64,000 bases of DNA, taken from positions 2,592,001-2,656,000 of the forward strand of contig CAXXKJ010000002.1 of the NCBI GenBank assembly GCA_963675295.2. Direction: 5' to 3'. Under the pieces are notes generated by a model, which did no database searches, was not told the origin of the DNA, and saw only the letters and a list, made by a program, of their open reading frames with translations. The DNA is from a bacterium. Lineage in GTDB: Bacteria > Electryoneota > Electryoneia > Electryoneales > Electryoneaceae. Of this stretch, positions 1 to 9,409 are shown piece after piece. A program made the translations under genes and the position numbers. Position 1 is the stretch's first letter; every line of letters begins with the position of its first letter.

Positions 1-1
1 C

Positions 2-1072
2 CGTGCCACGGTCGATTTCCCGTGCGACCGCGAACAGCGAATCCGCTGCAACCCGTTCACCCATGTTGAACCGGCAGATCGCGAGGTACTGCACAACATC
101 TTCGTTCTGCGGCTCCACCAGCAGGGCCTGTTCAAAGACTTCCGCTGCCTTCTCGAAGTTGCCTTCGTAGAAGTAGCTCTCCGCGATCAGCGAAAGGAAT
201 CCGACTTCGTTTCCCGGCTCGGTCTTCAGGACCATCTCAAAGCGGAACCGTGAGTTGAGCCAGTCATCCATCCCGTAAAATGAGCTCCCGAGATGGCTAT
301 CGACCATCGGACGTTCGATCAACTCCCGTTCCCGGATCAACGGGTCGTAATCGGTGAGCAGGCTGTCGGTCAGGTAATCCACCTGCCGCAGCTCTTCGTT
401 GAACAGCAATATCCCCGCGCCACCCTTCTGCGGGGTCATGATTTCCTTGATCAGATCGTTCGAGTGGTTGAACTGCCCGCTCGCATAATAAATATAGGCG
501 AGACGTTCGTGCACGTTCAGGCTGCGCATTGAGTCGGCAGTCAGGTGTAGCAAATGAGTCCGTGCTTCGTCGTACCGTCCTTCCTTCACCAGCGACTCGC
601 TGGAGTACTCGAGCATCTCCGAAACAGACAGCGCGCGATCCGCGAATGGGGTCAACACCCAGTCGAGGTAATACCGAACACGCAGGTCGAGATCAATCAG
701 GTGCCGAGCTTCGGAATAACGTCTGCGTTCGAATGCATTGTACGACTCCTCGGTCAGCTCGATATCAGCGAGCTTCAGCAGATAGAGGAGGTCGTCGCGG
801 AATTCGTCACTCTGGCGCAGGGACCGGCTGGCGGCGTCAACGAAGGCGTCGTAATCTTCGAGGTAGTACGACACCTCGGCCAGCAGCATGTTGTAATGAG
901 CGTCATGCGGCCAAGTGTCGAGAATTTGCTTGCGGGCAACCTCGTAGTTCTTGTTTTCCAGCTCCTGCCGGATCGCGGCATAGCGATTCGCGCATCCAAA
1001 CGAAGTAAGGATGAAGATCGCTAGAAGCGGAAAAACAAGCTGCTTCAGGTTTCTCACACAAACGATTTGCAT
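2..1072 (-). CDS. TPR-repeat lipoprotein, 3' end runs off the window
   Basis: Not in the ORF track because it has no stop in the window. Manual translation from ATG at 1072 gives MQIVCVRNLKQLVFPLLAIFILTSFGC (lipobox-like) and TPR-like helices such as LIAESYFYEGNFEKAAEVFEQALLVEPQN. Frame stays open to the left edge. Confidence 0.75.
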   Translation of the reverse strand, partial: MQIVCVRNLKQLVFPLLAIFILTSFGCANRYAAIRQELENKNYEVARKQILDTWPHDAHYNMLLAEVSYYLEDYDAFVDAASRSLRQSDEFRDDLLYLLKLADIELTEESYNAFERRRYSEARHLIDLDLRVRYYLDWVLTPFADRALSVSEMLEYSSESLVKEGRYDEARTHLLHLTADSMRSLNVHERLAYIYYASGQFNHSNDLIKEIMTPQKGGAGILLFNEELRQVDYLTDSLLTDYDPLIRERELIERPMVDSHLGSSFYGMDDWLNSRFRFEMVLKTEPGNEVGFLSLIAESYFYEGNFEKAAEVFEQALLVEPQNEDVVQYLAICRFNMGERVAADSLFAVAREIDRGT

Positions 1073-1542
1073 ACGTCCAGTTCCTGCCTCCGGTCGAAGA
1101 TGCGGAATCGTTGCGAATCACGGAGGGGTCGCGGTCTCATCGGTCTTTGAGTGGCAAATCTAAGAAAAAAAGACCGCATGCCAAGGGATAAGTCCCCTCG
1201 AAATCGTGTTTCTGGTTCCTTTACGAGTGCAGCGGAACGGATATCCACGCTACTAACCAGATTTGGTTGCGGTTTTAAAACAGTGCAGGCTAAGACCGAG
1301 ATTCACAAAATGTTGGTACCGGCAACACAATTAACAACCCGATACCTGACCGCGCAATATACGCGCATTTCTTGCTCGAGTGGAACCCATTTGAGCTTCA
1401 AGAGAGTGCCCGGGTACCCTCGGAACCAAATACTGCCAATCGCCCGGGGCTTTCGCACGGCCTTGTCAGGATTCGGTGTATTCTACCTTCGAGAGGGTCA
1501 ACAAGAAACAGCGAATCTCACAAAATGTGTCATCGTGAGGGA

Positions 1543-1572
1543 AAAACAAAGCCCCCGGTGGTCCGGGGGCTT
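1543..1572 (-). terminator. Intrinsic terminator of tricorn gene
   Basis: Hairpin AAGCCCCCGG-TGGT-CCGGGGGCTT followed by a T-rich tract on the minus strand, just after the stop at 1600. Confidence 0.8.
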
Positions 1573-1599
1573 GGGTTACAACTCAGGCAATATCAAACA

Positions 1600-4500
1600 T
1601 TAGCGTCTGGCACGCTTTGGCCGCGGGTCCGGATTCGGCTCCGGCGGATCAAAACCGTCCAATTGCTGATTGATGATCTGGATGGCTTTATCCAGCTGCG
1701 GATCCTTGCCCGCGATCACATCCTTCGGCGTCTGCTGGACGTACACATCGGGAGCCACGCCGTAGTTTTCGACTCCCCAGGAACCGTCCGGATTGAAGAA
1801 TGCCCAGTTGGGAACGGTGACCGCGCCGCCGTCCAGCAACTCCGGCATGCCACTAATCCCGACCAGTCCGCCCCAGGTGCGCGTACCGACAATCGTGCCG
1901 ATGTTGCGCTTCTTGAATGCGAATGGTAGCCAGTCGCCACCGGACCCGGCGCTCTCGTTGATCAGCATCACCTTCGGACCGAGCACTGTCGCGGTCGGTG
2001 ACTGCTCGAAGCTGCCGGACCGGTTGGTCCAGTAGTTGACCAGCGGACGGTCGAGCATGTCGACAACGAAGTCGGCGATGTGGCCGCCGCCGTTGAAACG
2101 CTCGTCGATGATCACGCCGTCCTTGTCAAGCTGCGAGAAGAAGTAGCGGGTGAAGAATTCGTAGCCAGCGCCGGCCGTGTTCGGCATGTAGACGTATCCG
2201 GCGCGTCCGTTCGTCGCCGCAGCAACCTTGTCGCGGTTGCCATCAACCCAGTCACGCAAGCGCAACGCACGTTCGCTGCGCAGTGGCTCGACAGTGACCT
2301 CGCGCGCGTCATTCATCGACGGCTTGTCGTTCACCGTCAGCACGACCTGCTTGCCGGCCAGGTTCTGGAAGAATTCGAACAGGTTGTCGTCGTCCGTGAT
2401 CTCCATGCCATTGACCGCGAGCAGGTAGTCACCAACGCTGACATCGACACCCGGTTCGGTGAGCGGGGACCGTTCTTCCGCATCCCAGTTCAACCCGCTG
2501 AAGATCGTGTCGAAACGGTAACGGCCGTTTTCAGGCGAGTATTCGGCGCCGAGCAGACCGACGTTGACGCGGTCGACATCCGGCATGTCGCCACCCCAGC
2601 GGTACGCGTGGCCAACAACCAGCTCGCCGATCAGTTCGCCGATAAGGAAGTTGAGGTCTTCGCGATGGCCGACGTACTTCACGAACGGCTGGTACTTCTT
2701 ATACGCGGCGTCCCAGTCGACCCCGTGCATGTCCGGATCGTAGAAGAAGTCGCGCTCGTAACGCCACACTTCGTGGAAGATCTGTTCCCATTCCTTGCGC
2801 GGTTCGACGCGAACCTGCATGTCGGACAAATCGAGACTACCGTCGCCCGGGCTCGGACTGCCGGTCACATCAACAATGCCGTAGGAACCGCTACCGCTGT
2901 ACATCAGCTTGTTGCCGTCGGCGCTGATCATGAAGTTGTAGCTGCCACTGAGGAAGTCTTCCGATTCCTGGTCGTCAATGCTGAAGCGCTTGATGCTTCC
3001 ATCATCGATGTAGAACAGGTAGCCGCCCTCAGCCGTCTGCAGGCCCCAGAACATTCCGCTGCCCGCCGGAACCGAAATGATGCGCTGATCGATGCCGGCG
3101 AAGTCGATGGCAGGCATGCCGTCATCTTCTTCCTCGCCGTCGTCATCATCTTCCGCATCTTCCGCCTCGTCAGCGTCGTCTTCGTCATCCTCTTCATCGG
3201 CGACAACTTCTTCTTCGTCGCTTTCGGGCGCGAACGGCGACGGCTCATCCGCCTGTAGCACGGCCATGTAGATCTCGTCGCTCATCTCGCGACCATAGGA
3301 CGACATCTCCGACCCGGCGATTTGCAGGCCGACGTCGGTGCTGGAGGTGAAGAAGAGGTACTTGCCATCACGGCTGAATGCTGGATCGCCGACCAGGGAG
3401 GTACCATCCGTGATCTGGTGCGTGTCTTTGGACTCGGTGTCATAGACGAAGATCGCGCCAAACTCGTTCGGCAAGGTGCCACGGTAGGCGATGTAACGGC
3501 CATCCGCGGACCATGTCGGGTCGAACCAGCGGCCCATGCAGTCGGTCGCGACCTTCACGACCTTCTTGTCTTCAACATCATAATAGAATAGGGAACGCAG
3601 GTTGTCGGTGTAGAGGACCTTCTCGCCTTCCGGATCCCAGGACTCGAGGAAGTAATAGTTGTCCGGGCCGATCTTGTGGATTTCCGGCTCGTCCTTGCCG
3701 AGCTGATCAACGATGTGCAGCCGGTATTCGCCGGACGCATCGGACAGATACGCAATCATTCCGCCCTTGGGTGACCACAACGCATAGCGTTCGTTCACGC
3801 CAGGCGTGTTCGTGATGTTACGCACCTCGCCCTTGTCTTCCGGTACGGTCCAGACATCACCACGGGCCGTGAACAGGCCGCGCTTGCCGGTGGGGGAGAC
3901 CTCGAACCAGTGCGCCATGTTGCCAACGTCCTCAAAGTGCGGGCGCGTGTCCGGCAGGTCCGGGTTGATGTAGACATCGACCACGTTGATGCGGCCGCTG
4001 GTGGTGTCGAGCGTGTGGATCTCGCCTGCCTGCTCAAACACCAGCGTGTTGTCGTAGCCCTTCAAGGACTTGACATCGTAATCGCGGTAGGTGGTCAGCT
4101 GCGAGACCTCACCCGTGTTCGTGTTGTAGGAGAACACGTTCATCGTGTGGTTGCGGTCGGAGAGGAAATAGATCATGTCGCCGAGCCACACCGGGTAGGT
4201 GTCGTTGGCGTGCGTTTCGCCGCCGGTCACCGGGTCGGTGAAGCTGGCGCGCGGGATCTCGGTGACGTCCATCGACGAGCGGTCGAAGATCCAGATCCAC
4301 GGGCTCAGGCCACCTCGGTAACGCTTCCAGGTCGCGAACGGATCTCCGACCATGGTGTACGCAATCTGCTGGCCGTTCGGGGAGAAGCAGGCGCGGGAAA
4401 CACGCGGCAGTTCGACCTGTTCCGGCCAGCCGCCGTCGGTGGAAACCGTAAACAGCTTGCCGTAGCGGCGGGTTTCCGAATTTCGTGTGGAAAGGAACAG

Positions 4501-4878
4501 GACGTCACCGTCCGGGGTCCAACCGCGCACAATGTCGCCTTCCGGGTGGTAGGTCAGACGAATCGGCGCGCCGCCGTCGGTACTGACAACGTAGACATCC
4601 GTGTTGCCATCGTACTCACCGGAGAATGCGATCCACTTTCCATCCGGGGAGAAGTAAGGGCTGCCCTCGATGCCATCGTGAACCGTTAGCCGGCGCGGGT
4701 CGCTGCCGTCCCGGTTGGCGATCCAGATATCGCCGGAGTAATAAAAGGAAACATGATCATCATGAATGTCGGGGAGTCGAAGTAATTTTGTCGGCTCCAT
4801 CTGGGCGCTGGCCATCCCCGCAAACAGGAACAGGGAAAACAGTGCCACCATGCCACACATCCGCACGCAGGTTCGCAT
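1600..4878 (-). CDS. Tricorn protease homolog (S41 family; PD40/beta-propellers, PDZ), secreted
   Basis: Signal peptide, FSPDGKWIAFSGEYDGNTDVY repeats, IIDERFNGGG, catalytic region ESAGSGGD, GTRTWGGLVG. AAGGAGG RBS 5 nt before ATG 4878. Confidence 0.95.
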   Translation of the reverse strand: MRTCVRMCGMVALFSLFLFAGMASAQMEPTKLLRLPDIHDDHVSFYYSGDIWIANRDGSDPRRLTVHDGIEGSPYFSPDGKWIAFSGEYDGNTDVYVVSTDGGAPIRLTYHPEGDIVRGWTPDGDVLFLSTRNSETRRYGKLFTVSTDGGWPEQVELPRVSRACFSPNGQQIAYTMVGDPFATWKRYRGGLSPWIWIFDRSSMDVTEIPRASFTDPVTGGETHANDTYPVWLGDMIYFLSDRNHTMNVFSYNTNTGEVSQLTTYRDYDVKSLKGYDNTLVFEQAGEIHTLDTTSGRINVVDVYINPDLPDTRPHFEDVGNMAHWFEVSPTGKRGLFTARGDVWTVPEDKGEVRNITNTPGVNERYALWSPKGGMIAYLSDASGEYRLHIVDQLGKDEPEIHKIGPDNYYFLESWDPEGEKVLYTDNLRSLFYYDVEDKKVVKVATDCMGRWFDPTWSADGRYIAYRGTLPNEFGAIFVYDTESKDTHQITDGTSLVGDPAFSRDGKYLFFTSSTDVGLQIAGSEMSSYGREMSDEIYMAVLQADEPSPFAPESDEEEVVADEEDDEDDADEAEDAEDDDDGEEEDDGMPAIDFAGIDQRIISVPAGSGMFWGLQTAEGGYLFYIDDGSIKRFSIDDQESEDFLSGSYNFMISADGNKLMYSGSGSYGIVDVTGSPSPGDGSLDLSDMQVRVEPRKEWEQIFHEVWRYERDFFYDPDMHGVDWDAAYKKYQPFVKYVGHREDLNFLIGELIGELVVGHAYRWGGDMPDVDRVNVGLLGAEYSPENGRYRFDTIFSGLNWDAEERSPLTEPGVDVSVGDYLLAVNGMEITDDDNLFEFFQNLAGKQVVLTVNDKPSMNDAREVTVEPLRSERALRLRDWVDGNRDKVAAATNGRAGYVYMPNTAGAGYEFFTRYFFSQLDKDGVIIDERFNGGGHIADFVVDMLDRPLVNYWTNRSGSFEQSPTATVLGPKVMLINESAGSGGDWLPFAFKKRNIGTIVGTRTWGGLVGISGMPELLDGGAVTVPNWAFFNPDGSWGVENYGVAPDVYVQQTPKDVIAGKDPQLDKAIQIINQQLDGFDPPEPNPDPRPKRARR

Positions 4879-5285
4879 GCGCACCTCCTTCAGCTGGTTG
4901 GTGTCCTGCCACTTGGACTATGACTTCAATCATCTGGAATTCGATAGTGCCAGTCCTGACGGCAACTTGAAAGTTCGCCATCTCCAACGACAAACGGTGT
5001 CGCGTTTCTTGTTTCATGTGCATCCAGAGAGACGAAACCGATAACTCTGTGCAACTCAGAAACAGACCGCAGACCACGAGTTCTTGTTGCTTCATCCATT
5101 GAGTGAACTCAAAGAACAAAGGATGGAGCAGTTCTCGAAATACGTCGCCCGTTCAGCGGAATTTCCGCGAAGTGGTCACTCTATGTTACGCTTCTGGCCG
5201 TTGTGTCGTTGGGGGAACCACGTCCTGACCCTGCCTACTTGACGCGAAGCAGGTACAATTGGTTACACAACAGATGGCAGTGAGA

Positions 5286-5318
5286 TGAAACAGGCCGAAG
5301 CGTGATGCTCCGGCCTGT
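5286..5318 (-). terminator. Probable intrinsic terminator of S8 peptidase gene
   Basis: ACAGGCCGGAGC-ATCAC-GCTTCGGCCTGT hairpin then TTC on the minus strand. Confidence 0.55.
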
Positions 5319-5343
5319 GGCGTCATTTGCTGAACTGGAGGAT

Positions 5344-7482
5344 CTACTTCACCAACATGATCTTCTGCGTGTGATGCAGATGACCTGGTACGGTCGCCTG
5401 CACGAAGTACATGCCACTGCTGAAGTTCCGGGCGTTGATGCTGAACTCGTGCACGCCGGCCGTGTACGATCCGGACGCAACTCGCAGTGTTTCCCGTCCG
5501 AGTATGTCGTAGACGGTGACCGTCAACCGGGAGGTCTCCGGAAGCCGAACGTTCAAGGTGGTCATCGCGTTGAACGGGTTCGGATACGCCGCGCCGACTT
5601 CGTACTCCTGAGGCAGGGTGGAGGGGGCGCCGTGTTCGCCGTACGCCACCGCTTCCGGCCAGTTGCCGGATTCCCATTTGTCAACAGCACTCGGTTCGTT
5701 GCCGGAAACCTTGGTGAAGATGAGGTGGTCGCTGTCGGCCACCGCGCCATTCAGGTCGCCGATATTCGCGAGGAAGTTGTAGACCCCACTCGGCGCACCG
5801 CCGGGAACCGCGACCTGCAACGTGAACTGCGCCGTCGCACCAGCGGCCATGCTGTAGTTCGGCTGAGCGAGGATCGGACCGTACGGGGAGCCGTTCGGCA
5901 GGATTGCCGAGGTCCACGCGTCGAAGGTCTGCGCAGTGCCGGTGTTGTTCGAAATGGTGACGTTGTACCCGAACGATCCGCCGGACGCGTTGACGTTCAC
6001 CGGTGAAACCAGCGGAACGAGATCGATGTTCGGCTCGTCACTCGGCGGATAATCGGCCTGCGCCAGCTGCAGCGAGTTGTACACGTTCACCCGGCCGGCA
6101 CCCAACATGCCGATGTAGCCCGGGTTCTGAGCGTCGATGTTTTCGCAACCGGCAAGCATGTACGACTCGAGATCGGCGACGGTCATGCTCGGGTTGTAGC
6201 TCTTGACCAGCGCGGCGCACGCTGCAGCGTTGGGGGAAGCCATCGAGGTGCCGTCATAACTGTCGTAGGACTGGCCCGGGACGGTGCTCCAGATGTTCAC
6301 ACCAGGCGCGGACAGGTCAACCCATGTGCCGTAGGTGCTGAAGGAGGCGCGCACGTCGTTAACATCCGTCGCGGCGACGGAGATAACGTTGTCGTAACCC
6401 GCCGGATAGTTGATCACCTGGTTGTCCGAGTTGCCGGCTGAGGCGAAGATCAAAACGCCCAGCGAACGTGCGTAGTTGACAGCGTCCTGGTAGAACTGGT
6501 CGGCCTGGGTGCCGCCGAAGGAAATGCTGACCACATCCGAGCCGTTCTCCGCGGCGTACTGGATCGCGGCGGCAAAGTCGACTGCATCACCAACGCCGAG
6601 GATGATAAACAGGAGGCGATAGGCGTACCCGGCACGCAGTGGCATGTTCGACACATTCCACGAGGCCGACGGAACACCACCAACATTGTTCGTGGTCGAG
6701 GCCGTGGTGCCGGAAACATGGGTGCCGTGACCGACAATGTCAGGCCAGACACGGTTATCACGCGGGCCGTAGTCTTCGCCCGGAGCCTGGAACAGTCCGC
6801 CAACCGTCGCCGATACAAAGTCCCAACCGGCGATGTCGTCGACGTACCCGTTGTTGTCATCGTCCACGCCGTTCAGATCGGACGCATCCCAGTAACCATT
6901 GCCGTTGAGATCTTCGCCCGCGTTGATGTGAATGTTTTGCTGCAGGTCGGGGTGGGTGAGTTCGCAGCCGGTGTCGATCGTGGTCACGATCACGTCGTCA
7001 TTACCGATCTGTTCGTCCCACGCATCGTCCGCCTGCATCTTCTGCATCGCCCAGACATTGTAGTTGCCGTCATCCATCGGGGTCAGATCAGCGAACTGAA
7101 GGGCGGAAAACTCGGCGGATTCCACCGATTCCAACGATTCAAGGGCTGTGAAGCTGGAACGATAGGGGGTGACATCGACGTTCGTCACCTTGAACCAGCG
7201 GTGCAACCCATGCTGACGCCACAAGGCTTCATGTTCTGGATTCACTGGGACGGTGAAAAGTGGCTCATAGCTGGCAGATGAAAGGACGCTATTCAGGTCC
7301 TGAGGCGCAGCCTGCGTGTTGCGCAGCACGTCGGCGGCATTGTCCGTCAGTTCGAGTACCAGGGTTGGAGTGTGTTGTGCGATGATTTCGGCTTTCGCCT
7401 GAGCATAGTCCGGGTTGGACCGTGCGAAACCGGCTGGGACGCAAAGCAGCAATGCCAGTCCGATCAACAGTACGTTTTTCAT
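5344..7482 (-). CDS. S8 subtilisin-like serine peptidase with Ig-like domain and T9SS-type-A-like C-terminal domain
   Basis: Signal peptide; catalytic motifs IDTG, GHGTHV, GTSMASP; oxyanion SAGN; C-terminus AYPNPFN...SSGMYFV...KIMLVK. Confidence 0.93.
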   Translation of the reverse strand: MKNVLLIGLALLLCVPAGFARSNPDYAQAKAEIIAQHTPTLVLELTDNAADVLRNTQAAPQDLNSVLSSASYEPLFTVPVNPEHEALWRQHGLHRWFKVTNVDVTPYRSSFTALESLESVESAEFSALQFADLTPMDDGNYNVWAMQKMQADDAWDEQIGNDDVIVTTIDTGCELTHPDLQQNIHINAGEDLNGNGYWDASDLNGVDDDNNGYVDDIAGWDFVSATVGGLFQAPGEDYGPRDNRVWPDIVGHGTHVSGTTASTTNNVGGVPSASWNVSNMPLRAGYAYRLLFIILGVGDAVDFAAAIQYAAENGSDVVSISFGGTQADQFYQDAVNYARSLGVLIFASAGNSDNQVINYPAGYDNVISVAATDVNDVRASFSTYGTWVDLSAPGVNIWSTVPGQSYDSYDGTSMASPNAAACAALVKSYNPSMTVADLESYMLAGCENIDAQNPGYIGMLGAGRVNVYNSLQLAQADYPPSDEPNIDLVPLVSPVNVNASGGSFGYNVTISNNTGTAQTFDAWTSAILPNGSPYGPILAQPNYSMAAGATAQFTLQVAVPGGAPSGVYNFLANIGDLNGAVADSDHLIFTKVSGNEPSAVDKWESGNWPEAVAYGEHGAPSTLPQEYEVGAAYPNPFNAMTTLNVRLPETSRLTVTVYDILGRETLRVASGSYTAGVHEFSINARNFSSGMYFVQATVPGHLHHTQKIMLVK

Positions 7483-7677
7483 GCGTTTCTCCCCGCGTTA
7501 ACCAATGAGTAACTGAAGAACGGCAAGGTAGTAAAACCAGAGTTCGGAAAGCATAATTATGACGGAGAAAATGCGAAAAATCGGGAGGCGAGAGGGCAAG
7601 ATGATTCAGAAGCTCGCATCGAGACTGTTGCGGCTGTGAAGTACTAATGTGCCCGTGTCAGCTTGCTGACGCGGATG

Positions 7678-7704
7678 ATCCCAGACATGAATGTCTGGGG
7701 CATG
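7678..7704. repeat. 27-bp REP-like palindromic element, copy 1
   Basis: ATCCCAGACATGAATGTCTGGGGCATG is the exact reverse complement of 33505..33531; core hairpin CCCAGACAT-GA-ATGTCTGGG. Confidence 0.85.
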
Positions 7705-7774
7705 GTTGTAGATATTTGTCTTCAGGACTCAGGATCATAGCACCCGATTTGGCAACGGCACCAACCCGGGCCAC

Positions 7775-7906
7775 ACCACAGACCACAGACCACAGACCAC
7801 AGACCACAGACCACAGACCACAGACCACAGACCACAGACCACAGACCACAGACCACAGACCACAGACCACAGACCACAGACCACAGACCACAGACCACAG
7901 ACCACA
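7775..7906 (+). repeat. Perfect heptamer tandem repeat (ACCACAG) x18 plus a partial copy
   Basis: Read directly: 126 nt of uninterrupted ACCACAG, then ACCACA. Confidence 0.98.
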
Positions 7907-7971
7907 ACGGGGGGACAGGACCAGTCAACACCAATCCAATACTGGATATCCTCAATTATACATAACGTACC

Positions 7972-9279
7972 TTATCGGGTCAAGCTGGTGATGCGGGAAT
8001 GGGTTGGGCGACGGGCGGAAAAGCCGGCCGCCAGTCCGACAGCGTTCTCGCCGTACCGGTCACGGAGACCGTCCACCGCCGAAAACAGATCGTGTCGGCG
8101 TTGCCGGTTGCTCTCGTTGAACACGTCCGCCTGGATCCCGTGCGGTTCCCCGGGACGAATCAGTCCGGCCACACTCACGCCGACCAGACGTACCGGAATG
8201 CCGTCTTCTTCGCGCCAGATGTCATTCAACAGATCACGCACGACCCTGTAGATCTCGACCGGATCATTTGTCCATTCCTTGATCACGTGCTGGTGGCTGT
8301 GCGTCGCGAAATCGTGCGTCCGCAGCTTCAAGGTGACTCGTCGTCCAAGGAATCCGTCCCGGCGCATCCGTCTCGCCACCCGTTCGCACTGGTTCAGCAG
8401 CGTGGCGTGCAATGTGGCCGCGTCGGAAACATCCGCATGAAACGTATTTTCGTGCCCTTTGGACTTGTCAATCGTCGGCCGCTCAATGCCGACATCGTCC
8501 AATCCGGACGCGCCCTGCATTTTCGCGGACAGGTCCCGCCCGTATTTACCGAGTTTCATCGTCAGCAGCGACCGTGGACAGTCAATCAGGTCCTTCACGG
8601 TGTGGACATTCAGCGCTTTCAGCACCATTTCGGTCGCCGGACCGACGCCCGGGATCTTGCGAATTGGCAACGGGCCAAGTTTGGCCGCGACCTGATGTGA
8701 TTCGATGATGGTCAGGCCGTCCGGTTTGTTGAGCCCGGACCCGATTTTGGCGACCACTCGGGACGGTCCGATTCCGACGGACGCCGTCAGGCCCAGATTG
8801 CCGCGGATGGTGTCCTTGATCGCGTTGCCATACGCATTCAGATCTCCGTACAAATGAAAGCATCCGGTGGCATCGAGGAACGCTTCGTCGATGCTGTACG
8901 GTTCAACATCCGGGCTGAAGCGCCGCAGAATCTCCATCACTTCCAGCGAAACCCATGTGTATTTTCCACCTTTGGTGCTGACATGAATTGCATCCGGACA
9001 CAGTTGTTCCACCCGTGCGATGGACATGCCGGCGTGCACCCCGTACTGCCGGGCGACGTAATTGGCGGTGGTGACCACGCCCCGGCTGCCTTTCGGGCCG
9101 CCTACGACGACCGGTTTGCCGCGCAGGGACGGGTTGTCCCGTTCCTCGATCGCGGCGAAGAACGCATCCATGTCAACATGGACGACCACGCTCGCCGGTT
9201 TCAGCGCTCGTGGTTTACCGTTGTCGAGATGTTTGCGCCCGTCCGCAGCCAGGCGTTCTCTGACTTCCGCGCGCATCAT
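7972..9279 (-). CDS. dinB: DNA polymerase IV (Y-family), catalytic motifs intact
   Basis: HVDMDAFFA, TANYVAR, SIDEAFLD motifs; little-finger domain; clamp-like QADVF; C-terminal RecA-NT-like LFSAVDGLRDRYGENAV. Confidence 0.95.
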   Translation of the reverse strand: MMRAEVRERLAADGRKHLDNGKPRALKPASVVVHVDMDAFFAAIEERDNPSLRGKPVVVGGPKGSRGVVTTANYVARQYGVHAGMSIARVEQLCPDAIHVSTKGGKYTWVSLEVMEILRRFSPDVEPYSIDEAFLDATGCFHLYGDLNAYGNAIKDTIRGNLGLTASVGIGPSRVVAKIGSGLNKPDGLTIIESHQVAAKLGPLPIRKIPGVGPATEMVLKALNVHTVKDLIDCPRSLLTMKLGKYGRDLSAKMQGASGLDDVGIERPTIDKSKGHENTFHADVSDAATLHATLLNQCERVARRMRRDGFLGRRVTLKLRTHDFATHSHQHVIKEWTNDPVEIYRVVRDLLNDIWREEDGIPVRLVGVSVAGLIRPGEPHGIQADVFNESNRQRRHDLFSAVDGLRDRYGENAVGLAAGFSARRPTHSRITSLTR

Positions 9280-9409
9280 GAGTCAGTCTCTAGTCTCTGG
9301 TCTTTCGTCTCACGGGTCTTTCTACATGCGTCTCGTCCGCGTTTGCAAGCAAACACGGGCACATTTCACATTTTCCGCAGCCCACAGCCTCAAGTCTCAC
9401 ATCTCAATT

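Noticed and set aside
1073-1540. Long intergenic region upstream of the TPR lipoprotein
   Set aside because: No recognisable riboswitch, sRNA terminator or credible ORF could be identified by eye
7775-7906. Possible CRISPR array
   Set aside because: Contiguous 7-mers with no spacers; no cas genes in the window
7647-7991. ORFs with PQTTDHR / LWSVVCG repeats
   Set aside because: Translations of the heptamer tandem repeat, not credible proteins
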